DNA of 48,724 nucleotides, from NCBI GenBank assembly GCA_041690355.1, contig JAWLHK010000029.1:1-48724 (forward strand). The letters are read 5' to 3'. Numbering within the stretch: the first letter of the stretch is position 1; every line of letters begins with the position of its first letter. Below, piece after piece: positions 35,971-43,898 of the stretch. The position numbers and the translations under genes are program-made. Source of the DNA: a bacterium. GTDB lineage: Bacteria > J088 > JAWLBW01. The notes below the pieces were generated by a model that worked only from the letters and a program-made list of their open reading frames with translations, ran no database searches and was not told where the DNA came from.

Positions 35971-38751
35971 TTAGGGGCAACTGCCCATGAACAGGTGCTG
36001 CTGCGCGAATTCACTGGGTCCGTCACGGAAGCTGCCGTTGAGCTGGGTGGCGATGGCGTCGAGATCTGCGAACGCGTACCCGGTGGAACCTCCACCTAAC
36101 GCCGTGTTCGCGACAGTCAGGAAGTCACGCACGCTCATGTTTGCGAGCGGTGCCGCGCCACAGATCAGCAGGTCCCCGAACGCGACTGCTGCCGTGCCGC
36201 CTGTCAAGTCGGCGTCGGAGAAGTCGATGTTAAGCTTGAGCGCGACGGTGTTGCCCCCGAACGAACCGGATGCGCTCGTAGTGGGGTTCAGAAGGTCGCT
36301 GGTCAGCGGTCCCGGTGCTCCGGAAGCGGGCAGGTATGCCGTCACGTTTGACGCGTCCAAAAACGCCATCGAGAAGCCGCTGGTCCCTAGGATACCGACG
36401 CGGAGGCCTGCGGTGGAGGAGTAGACGCTATTGAAGTGTCCGGACAGCAGGGTCTGTGCGGTCCCGCTCGTGCTCCCCCAATCCCCCTGCCCGTGCGTAA
36501 CCAAGTCGCCCGTCTCCCACCCACAGCCCGGGGCGCCGGGCGTGCACGATGGTGGTGGGTCATTGCATGGGCCGTTGACGAGGTGATTCTGCGCGAAGGT
36601 GCTGACAGAGCCACCTAAGAAAGCTGCGTTCAGCTCCACGAGGAGAGAATTGAGCTCCGCGATCGTCACACCCGCCGCCCCGCCTCCAAGGGCCGTGTTC
36701 GCCATTGCCAGGATTTCGCGGACCGTTCGATCGTTCAGCCCTTCCGCCGCAATACCGCACACTCGCAGATCTCCAAAGACCACAGCGGGACTCCCACTGA
36801 GTAGATCGGCGTCGTCGAAATCGACGTTCAGCTTCAAGGCTACAACTTCTCCACCGAAGCTCCCGGACGAACTCGTCGTCGGATCGATGAGGTCACTGGT
36901 CAGCGCGGCCGGAGCGCCGGTCGCCGGCAGATAGGACACGACGCTCTGGACGTTTTGGAACCGCATAGAGAAACCGGCAATACCGGGGATACCAACCTCG
37001 AGTACGCCGCCTGCGGAGAAGTACACACTGGCGTAGTTGGCAAGCAACAGTCGGGGTCCGGCCCCACCAGTCAGACCGGCGTCCGAGTAATCGACATTGA
37101 GTTTGAGCGCCACGATATTGCCGCCGAAGGAGCCGGACGAGGTCGTGCTGGAATCGATGTGGTCGCTCGTCAGGGCGCCAGGCGCTCCGGTGGCCGGCAG
37201 GTAGGCCGTGATGCCTGGCGCATCCACTCGTATCGAGAACCCTGTCGAGCCGGGGATGCCAACCTCGAGAACGCCGCCCGCTGCGAAATAGACTGACCCA
37301 AAGCTGTCCGAAAGCAATTTCGCGGCGATTCCACTCGTATCCCCCCAATCACCCTGCCCGAACGTCAGCAGGTAGCTCGCCGCCTCACCGGTCGAGCATG
37401 GGCCGTTGACGAGGTGCGCTTGTGCGAAGGCGCTGGGTCCGTCGCGGAAGCTGCCATTGAGCTGCAGCGCGATCGCGTCGAGATCGGCGTATGCATATCC
37501 AGTTGAGCCCCCGCCGAGCGCCGTGTTGGCGACCGCGAGAAACTCGCGCACACTCATATTGGCGAGTGGGCTTGCGCCACAGATCTGGATGTCGCCAAAG
37601 GCGACCGGCGATACGCCGCTCGGATCCAGCCAAGCTGCCTGCGAGAATGTGATGAGATCGCCCGGACTCCACCCGCATCCCGGCGTCCCCGGCGTGCACG
37701 CCGGCGTGGCCGCGACATCCACCGGGCTGCACGCGGTGAGATCCCCGCCGTTCGGCGCCGCCCCGTTGAGCCGCGCGCAGTTGGTGATCGTACCGCCGTC
37801 GGAGCCCCCGTCAACCGTCACGGTCACTGTGCCGCCTGTGGGGCCCAAGGTGAACTCGGCTTCGGAGAACGTCACCGTGCCGGTCGTCGTAATGTCTTCG
37901 AGCCCGTCCACCAGCGTCACCGCGCCGGTGCCCGGCGCCGCGCTAGGCATCTTGAGCCCGATCCGCGTGACCGCCGAGCTCACCCGCCCTTCGTCGGTAT
38001 CGATTGTTCCATTGCCGTTGATGTCCAGGTCAGGGGTGCTGTTTGCGATGGGGGCGTTGCCGTAGGTCACGAGCACCTCCACGCGGAGCGGCATGCCAGG
38101 CGCGAGCCCCAGCGCCACGGCATCAAACGCCGCCTGAAACGCCAGCGTCTGCACCACGCCTGGGCCCAGCACGATCGGCGCGGTAAGCGAAACGTCCGCT
38201 CCGGTCGCAGGATCGGTGAGCTTGAGCGGCCCCGAAGCAGCGGTCTCGGTAAACGTGCCCTTTCTCTCGCTGCTCGCCGGCGCGTGAATGAGCGCGCTGG
38301 TGGCCGCGTCACCCGCGGTGGCGTCAGCGATATCCGAGGCCACGGTGACCCACGCGTTTCCCGCCCGGCGCTGGAGGTTGACGACCAGGTTCCCGATGGG
38401 CGCGGGGGCCTCGCCCTCATTCGAGAGCGGGAGCGTGCCGTACACCACGAGCGCACCGGGGGCGACCGGCCCTTCGGTGGCGACGATGGTCCAGGTGACG
38501 ACCGAGCCAGTGAGCGCGCCCGTCTTGCTTAGGCTCCAGGTGGGGCCGGTAGACCAGGTGAGGCTGGCGGAGGCACCGCTGACCGTCAGACCAGCGGCCA
38601 AAGCCGGACTTCGTGACGGGGAAACCGGGTCGTAACGCCCCCCCAAAGTGACCGGAACGCCGAGACTTGTGGAGGACTTCTCCTGATTCTCATCTCCACA
38701 CGCGGCCACAAACAAAACCAAAAACACAAGAACGTAGATGCGGCGCAACAT
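35971..38751 (-). CDS. Uncharacterised 926-aa lipoprotein with shuffled internal repeat modules
   Basis: AGGAGG RBS, lipobox FVAAC; three copies of module A (SVY...G.L.VGI.G..GFS...YLPA.GAP..LTSD...TTS.SGSFGG..VALKLN.D..DA.L) and three of module B (FGD...CG......VR..L..ANTALGGG......L......LN..F....S.FAQ.HL..G.C); two CTPGxPGCGW linkers. Confidence 0.85.
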   Translation of the reverse strand: MLRRIYVLVFLVLFVAACGDENQEKSSTSLGVPVTLGGRYDPVSPSRSPALAAGLTVSGASASLTWSTGPTWSLSKTGALTGSVVTWTIVATEGPVAPGALVVYGTLPLSNEGEAPAPIGNLVVNLQRRAGNAWVTVASDIADATAGDAATSALIHAPASSERKGTFTETAASGPLKLTDPATGADVSLTAPIVLGPGVVQTLAFQAAFDAVALGLAPGMPLRVEVLVTYGNAPIANSTPDLDINGNGTIDTDEGRVSSAVTRIGLKMPSAAPGTGAVTLVDGLEDITTTGTVTFSEAEFTLGPTGGTVTVTVDGGSDGGTITNCARLNGAAPNGGDLTACSPVDVAATPACTPGTPGCGWSPGDLITFSQAAWLDPSGVSPVAFGDIQICGASPLANMSVREFLAVANTALGGGSTGYAYADLDAIALQLNGSFRDGPSAFAQAHLVNGPCSTGEAASYLLTFGQGDWGDTSGIAAKLLSDSFGSVYFAAGGVLEVGIPGSTGFSIRVDAPGITAYLPATGAPGALTSDHIDSSTTSSGSFGGNIVALKLNVDYSDAGLTGGAGPRLLLANYASVYFSAGGVLEVGIPGIAGFSMRFQNVQSVVSYLPATGAPAALTSDLIDPTTSSSGSFGGEVVALKLNVDFDDADLLSGSPAVVFGDLRVCGIAAEGLNDRTVREILAMANTALGGGAAGVTIAELNSLLVELNAAFLGGSVSTFAQNHLVNGPCNDPPPSCTPGAPGCGWETGDLVTHGQGDWGSTSGTAQTLLSGHFNSVYSSTAGLRVGILGTSGFSMAFLDASNVTAYLPASGAPGPLTSDLLNPTTSASGSFGGNTVALKLNIDFSDADLTGGTAAVAFGDLLICGAAPLANMSVRDFLTVANTALGGGSTGYAFADLDAIATQLNGSFRDGPSEFAQQHLFMGSCP

Positions 38752-38939
38752 GCCAGGCCTCCTGCCAACGGTCGAGCCTCTGGTCGACTTCAGTTGCTGT
38801 CAGGCTACTATCGAGGTTCAACAAAGTGGGTGGCCGCCGTATCAGTAACCGAACGTGGATTGACAACATGCCGCGGCACTTGCGTTTGTCAGGCACGGGG
38901 GGCCTTGGCTTCATGTCAGTATTGATATCGTTCTTTGGT

Positions 38940-39208
38940 GCGTCGCCGACGCACAAACCATTGGTATAGATACATGGCGAGGTCAAATCGCCACCTTTGT
39001 CGGCCGAGGCCAGATTTGAAACGGGATTTCTACACAGGACGCTCCAAGCAGGAGAATTCCTGGTCTCCGGCATCCGCGACCGAATGCCCCAATTCCCCCC
39101 AGGATGTCGCGAGTTGAGGTCACCGATCAAAATACGTTATGTCGTTTAATCTATCGAGTTGATACCGATGCGATCGTCATCCTTGACGTTTTCTCCAAGA
39201 AAACTCGT
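38940..39208 (+). pseudogene. Decayed RelE/ParE-superfamily (Gp49-like) toxin gene
   Basis: Reads SPTHKPLV*IHGEVKSPPLSAEARFETGFL.RTLQAGE...MP...GCRELR, then in another frame VTDQNTLCRLIYRVDTDAIVILDVFSKKTR. TAG at 38967-38969 replaces the expected Trp, there are frameshifts, and no intact start codon. Confidence 0.7.
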
Positions 39209-39461
39209 GCTTGGGCTGCTTCTTGATTGGCATGACGGACGAAGCTCAGTGGCGCGCCGTGAAAACCAATCTTATCAAACAGTGCTCCGCTATGCGTCCA
39301 CCTGGAGGCAGTGTCAGGCGTGGAGGCGACGGGTTACAGTACTTGTGAGAACCGGTCATGAATTCTCTTGCAGTAAGTACTTGAAGCCCTGGCAGATGAA
39401 CGACCCGAAGACCGTTCCCTGGTATGAATTGTTAAAGGGACCCAGCCGGCCTCTCCAATGC

Positions 39462-39710
39462 TTACTCATAGGTGCAAGCAACGCACCTGCTGCTCTCACA
39501 GCGGCTCTGGACCTTGCCGGGGAGAAACTCTGCACCTGTAAAGCTTCTACACCAGCATTCCGCATCAACTTTACAGTGGGTTTCAGGACCAGTCTCGGCT
39601 GGTGCCCACGCCTGTCTGGCGCCGGGTTCAGCTTTGCTGGGCCCATTGCAGCCAGGCAATGCAGCACAGATAACGGCCAAGAATAAGAGAAGAGCTGGCC
39701 CCTGACGCAT
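39462..39710 (-). CDS. Small (82 aa) Cys-rich lipoprotein
   Basis: ATG 39710 after GAGGG; signal MRQGPALLLFLAVICAALPGC; mature part has six Cys (HC-x5-C-x-C-x16-C-x4-C-x2-C). Confidence 0.6.
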   Translation of the reverse strand: MRQGPALLLFLAVICAALPGCNGPSKAEPGARQAWAPAETGPETHCKVDAECWCRSFTGAEFLPGKVQSRCESSRCVACTYE

Positions 39711-39922
39711 GACGCCCTCTGACGGCTGGCATCGGCCGCCTCCCGGAGCTGCGGTGCGAAGCACCGACCCGGAAGCAGCTCGGCTGCATGCAACGGGTAA
39801 GACATTGCTGCGCGGTTGCGCCCGGCGCAGGCCAGGTGTTGACGACGTCACATCAGGCACCCCGCATTGGGTCGGCCCCGCTGTTCGCCTCCGCAGACCT
39901 GTGTGGCCCTCATACCACAGCT

Positions 39923-40279
39923 TCACGACTTGTCTTCCCCCACAATTCGGTCACCATGGCTCGGTGGAGAAGACACAACCAAGAAGACCAAGTCCTCCAC
40001 GCCGTCGTTACGCAACTGATGCGAGACCATTGGCGGCACGGAACAACCATCGCGTGGCTTGAGATTCAGAACCTCACCTCCAACCTCCAGCGTCGCCTCG
40101 CCAGACAGTACATAGAAGAACTGATGAGCCTGACGATGATGATGACGAACTTCGCGACGCCCCGGAGGTACGCGCTCTTGGATGACGCTCAGCCCCTCAG
40201 TCTTCAGGAGATGCCAGCCATCACAATCGCCGCCCCAGTTGTAGTGCTCCGCGCAATGCTTGTTCACGACTTCTGCCAT
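39923..40279 (-). CDS. Cupin-domain protein
   Basis: AEHYNWG..CDGWHL, LSVIQERVPPG, HHH..AHQFFYVLSGEA, VPP...HQLRN. Confidence 0.9.
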   Translation of the reverse strand: MAEVVNKHCAEHYNWGGDCDGWHLLKTEGLSVIQERVPPGRREVRHHHRQAHQFFYVLSGEATLEVGGEVLNLKPRDGCSVPPMVSHQLRNDGVEDLVFLVVSSPPSHGDRIVGEDKS

Positions 40280-40497
40280 GCCACCCTCACTCTCTTCCGA
40301 GCCCTCGGTCTCGGCGAGCCGGCTGCTTTTATCACTTCACTGGTCCGCGCAAAACACCGCCTCCTCGAATCGGTACGACACTCCAATTTCGAAGGAGCTT
40401 GACGTTCCGGGTCACCGGCGGCGGCCCGGCAGTTTCCCAAGTCCTACCACATTGCTAAGCGGGCCGCCGTCCGCGCGAAGCCGGTGGTTAGCCAATG

Positions 40498-42192
40498 TCA
40501 GAGCGTGGGACTCAGTTTCTCAGCAACTTCTTTAATGAACCGCTCTCGTGGGTGCTCCCGGTAGACAAATGGACTGAAGATCATGCTATCAGGAGGCAAA
40601 GATGCGGCACTGTCTGTTGCGAGGCGTGCCCAATGGTCGCGTGAATCGTATCGTCCCAAACTGGAAGAAGCGAGAGCTGCACAAGCGTAAGCATTGGCTT
40701 GGCTCTCCAGGCTCCCAAATCCATCGACCTCTCCAAAAATGTCGAGAAACCGGGCGTACAAGCTGTTCGCCTTTCTAGGTTTACTTTTAAGGTCATAGAC
40801 GCGTGCAAGATTGAAGAGAACCCAAGCCATTTCATGACGTATAGATTCCTCGCCCTTGTCTATCGCGGAAAGTCGTCTCTCTAGGAACGACTCAGGCCAG
40901 TCATAGTTGCCCTTGGCAATCTCTGTGAGTACTAAATGGTTATGAGAAAGAGCAAATAGCTCAAATGGTTTGCTCATCCGGCCCTTTTCCACGTACCGTC
41001 TAAGGGCAACATCGTAGTAATCAACCAAAGCATCTCTTGCTAGCTTTATGGCCCTATTGTCGACGGCTTCAGCTTCACGGCAGATTTGCTTGTATCGGCT
41101 TGCACCCCACTTCCTAGGGTTGTTCGGGTTGGCGGCTACGAGCTCGGCAAGTTCGTAGAACTCCCTCAAGATGTGGGTAAGTTTGCGACTTGGATAATTC
41201 ACGAGCAACGTCTCGAGACTACTAAGCTCGGGCTCCACCGAAGTATCCGAGCGGATCTTAATAATGTAGACTCGTCGCAAGTCTCGTGCGGCAACTTCCA
41301 GAGCCCTCAGGAACGAATTGCGATTCTTCAGCTCAAGCGTATTGGATAGCGAACGATAGGATTGATAAAGCGGATCGGTCAGTTTCGCGGACAAGCCGTT
41401 GCGCGTCATTACAGGGATCGTTTCTTCGAGAGAGAGGGCTGGATAATAGTAAACAAAAATATCTGGCTCCTTCCCAAATGCTTGCACAAAGCTAGCTACC
41501 CTTTCCGTGAATAACTGCCCTTGTCCCGATGGCATTCCCGCTGGCACATTGGAAGCCACAAACACGAACGACTTTTTATCACTTGCGAGCTCCCGATAGA
41601 TGGCGGCCGTACCGTTTATATTCTGCTCATTTAGGGAGGACAGGACGACAACCTGATCAGACAAGTAGCGTGTGCAAACCCCACCGGTTTCCGTGATTCC
41701 TGTCCTAGAGTCGATTAGAACGTAATCTGGATTTTCGAACTCCTCCACGAGCTGGTTACGAAGATTTCTTAGAATAAGCTCCCCATGCTTATGCTCGAAG
41801 ATTTCTCCCCATTTCAGGCGTTCTAAACGGCTGTAATAACTTGGATCCGAGGTGTCGCCCGCGCTTATGGCATATAACGCCCCACCGTTCCCGAGCGCCA
41901 GGTGCTCGGAAAAGTCAACCGACAGTGCTTTCAAGCTGGGAAGTTTTTCTCCAAAGATGACATCATCCAAGTACTCCAAAATACCCGGGGTCCTCTCGTC
42001 GTAGCTAGACTTCAGTTTTCCTAAGTACGAGCCAAGCCCGGGCGCTTCTAGATCGAAGTCGATAGTAACCACGTGGCTACCTTGTTGCGCCAAATGGGCT
42101 GCTGTATTTACGAGGGCACTGGTGCGCCCCACGCCCCCCTTATACGAGTAAAAAGTCACAAACTGGGTTCTGATTTGTTTACCCTTGTTCAT
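40498..42192 (-). CDS. ParA/MinD-like ATPase with variant Walker A (KGGVGRT) and helical/TPR-like C-terminal half
   Basis: FVTFYSYKGGVGRTSALVN, IDFDLEAPGL, YVLIDSRTGITE, LNEQNI.G; C-terminal WVLFNLARVY...A..LY..FL.I and ANAYACAALASSSLG; visibly AT-richer than flanks; ATGA-coupled to the upstream gene. Confidence 0.85.
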   Translation of the reverse strand: MNKGKQIRTQFVTFYSYKGGVGRTSALVNTAAHLAQQGSHVVTIDFDLEAPGLGSYLGKLKSSYDERTPGILEYLDDVIFGEKLPSLKALSVDFSEHLALGNGGALYAISAGDTSDPSYYSRLERLKWGEIFEHKHGELILRNLRNQLVEEFENPDYVLIDSRTGITETGGVCTRYLSDQVVVLSSLNEQNINGTAAIYRELASDKKSFVFVASNVPAGMPSGQGQLFTERVASFVQAFGKEPDIFVYYYPALSLEETIPVMTRNGLSAKLTDPLYQSYRSLSNTLELKNRNSFLRALEVAARDLRRVYIIKIRSDTSVEPELSSLETLLVNYPSRKLTHILREFYELAELVAANPNNPRKWGASRYKQICREAEAVDNRAIKLARDALVDYYDVALRRYVEKGRMSKPFELFALSHNHLVLTEIAKGNYDWPESFLERRLSAIDKGEESIRHEMAWVLFNLARVYDLKSKPRKANSLYARFLDIFGEVDGFGSLESQANAYACAALASSSLGRYDSRDHWARLATDSAASLPPDSMIFSPFVYREHPRERFIKEVAEKLSPTL

Positions 42193-42782
42193 GCGGCTTG
42201 TTTCCGTGAACCTAGTGGACGAAAGGTCGATGACTTGGGCGTTGAGTCGAAGTCATCCTCAGTAAGGTATGGAAGCCTTTGGCGCAGCCGTATAAGGTCA
42301 CCGTCAGATTTGCGGCGAACGACAACATGCCGTTCAGCCTCAAGAGGAGAGCCCAAGACCGCCAATAGCCTTACCATATTATCAATAGACTTTGAATAGT
42401 TTGTCGTGTCTATCAATCTATAAACTTGAGAAGGGGAGGTTCCTAGACGCCTAGCAATCTCCCGGATCGAAAGCCCTGCCCCCTCAAGTGCTTCCAAAGC
42501 CCTTAGTGTTAGGTTGTATAGGAATACATTGGATACAAATTCAGGGTCGCTATTGAAATCGAGGAAGGTGTCCAGGTGAACAGAGTCTTCGGCACCCGTA
42601 TTCGTTGAATAAGTGATAGCTTCACATCCGAGTTCGATATCTACATAGGCATTCACAATCTGGACGCCCCCCTTGCTGGCCTCGCTAAGTCGCGCGTAAG
42701 GCAAGGTGAATGTCTTCCCTTCATCGGTGACTATCGTAAACAGGCGCTTCTTGTTGCTAAAGCTAGCTTTTTCTATTTTCAT
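42189..42782 (-). CDS. Putative antitoxin: DUF2442-like N-terminal domain plus XRE-like HTH
   Basis: HTH GLSIREIARRLGTSPSQVYRLID; N-terminal 'F.I.T..G.TFTLPYARL'; ATGA overlaps at both ends. Confidence 0.7.
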   Translation of the reverse strand: MKIEKASFSNKKRLFTIVTDEGKTFTLPYARLSEASKGGVQIVNAYVDIELGCEAITYSTNTGAEDSVHLDTFLDFNSDPEFVSNVFLYNLTLRALEALEGAGLSIREIARRLGTSPSQVYRLIDTTNYSKSIDNMVRLLAVLGSPLEAERHVVVRRKSDGDLIRLRQRLPYLTEDDFDSTPKSSTFRPLGSRKQAA

Positions 42783-42973
42783 AGCTGCCCCTCATTTACA
42801 AGCTCCTCAATAACCTTCCGGAGCTTCTTGTCGACGGCTCCGAGCATCACGCACTTATTTTCCAAGTCCCACTTCGCTACAAGTCGATCATCGCTGTAAA
42901 TGTGAACGTGTCGAGGAGGGTGATCAGCCAGCTGGCTGACAAAGATGTAGTTCTTTCTGCGGATTCTACCCAT
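42779..42973 (-). CDS. Small DUF4160-like putative toxin
   Basis: 64 aa with DHPPRHVHIY...AKWDL signature; first gene of the coupled operon; AGGAG upstream. Confidence 0.75.
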   Translation of the reverse strand: MGRIRRKNYIFVSQLADHPPRHVHIYSDDRLVAKWDLENKCVMLGAVDKKLRKVIEELVNEGQL

Positions 42974-42994
42974 TAAAGGACCCTGCCTCTCCTG

Positions 42995-43016
42995 ATGTTA
43001 CCATGGGCGGTAACAT
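42995..43016. promoter_or_regulatory. Palindromic operator candidate upstream of the DUF4160-HTH-ATPase operon
   Basis: Perfect inverted repeat ATGTTACC-N6-GGTAACAT about 21 bp upstream of ATG 42973. Confidence 0.65.
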
Positions 43017-43498
43017 GAATGCCATGCGGCGCAGCGAGTTATCGGGGTGTTGCCAGGCCCTTGATAGTCTGCCTTCAAATAACCGCAGAGCTTCCAAGGT
43101 CGGGCAAGCCGCATGAGGATGTGAAGCCGGCGGAAGGCACTGGCCGAACTACTGTTTATGCCCCCGATCCGCCGGAGGCCATCCACCAATTCGGGGGCCG
43201 AAGATCCCGTCCGGGCGGCTAGGTCGTTGTTTTTCGGCGGAGCGCCCCGGGATTCGCTCCCCCGAACCACGGATCTGTTATATCCCAGAGGTCAGCGGAA
43301 TTCAAACCGCCCTCGCGGCAGGCGGTCACGAAATAAGTGGGGGCGCTAAGGTGGGCAGCTGGCCCGCGGCCGCTCCGGTATCGCCCGGTGGGTGCAGGGT
43401 GGCGAGCGACCATCAGAGTAAGGTCACAAGGCCGAGCTGCCGTGGGCTAGGAAGCCCCGTTGCCGGACGCGGAAAGCCGGTCGCCCGCTTCGCCGGTT

Positions 43499-43580
43499 TG
43501 TGCAATCAATTGCACACGTGTAACTGCGCGGAACCCTTGGAAAACAGGGGGTAGAATTGACGCAAGTCGCATTGCGTCAA
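43499..43580. promoter_or_regulatory. Two perfect inverted repeats (candidate transcription-factor sites) upstream of the multicopper oxidase
   Basis: TGTGCAAT-CA-ATTGCACA (43499-43516) and TTGACGCAA-N6-TTGCGTCAA (43557-43580). Confidence 0.5.
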
Positions 43581-43898
43581 AGCGCTGGGTAGTTGGGCAT
43601 CTGTAGACGCTGTCGACCGCCCGTCCACAAAATCCGCGGAACGGCGTTCCCGGTCACGAATCCTTCGTCTCTTTTGCGCCCGCCGGGTTGCCGAGCGTTC
43701 ATTCCGTCGCCGATTGCCCTGCTGTCAAGGCTGGCAAGGCGGCGAGCCGCTGCGCGGCGTCAGAGTCGGCATTCCGATCCATACTAGCGATAGTTATCAA
43801 ATCGCCTGACACTTCGGGGCTGTTCGGGCGGCCGGATGCATTGCATTCGTGCTGTCAGTGCCCCGGGGAACGCTCACCTTGTGGACGGTAAACAAATC

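Noticed and set aside
39159-39686. ORF-track proteins 39159-39686 (+), 39356-39805 (-) and 39788-40402 (+)
   Set aside because: No recognisable motifs; they overlap the better-supported Cys-rich lipoprotein, cupin and toxin remnant.
39711-39926. GTG start at 39926 coupled to the cupin stop, giving a 154-aa protein
   Set aside because: The extra 72 aa look non-coding and would bury the signal peptide that starts at 39710; not fully excluded.
40498-42192. ParA as a chromosome/plasmid partition gene or a second BY-kinase of the EPS locus
   Set aside because: Variant KGGVGR Walker A, long helical tail, no parB, no Tyr cluster, and operonic with a TA-like pair.
34800-43600. Prophage, IS or integron as the explanation for the accessory region
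   Set aside because: No integrase, transposase or phage genes, terminal repeats or convincing attC sites recognised by eye.
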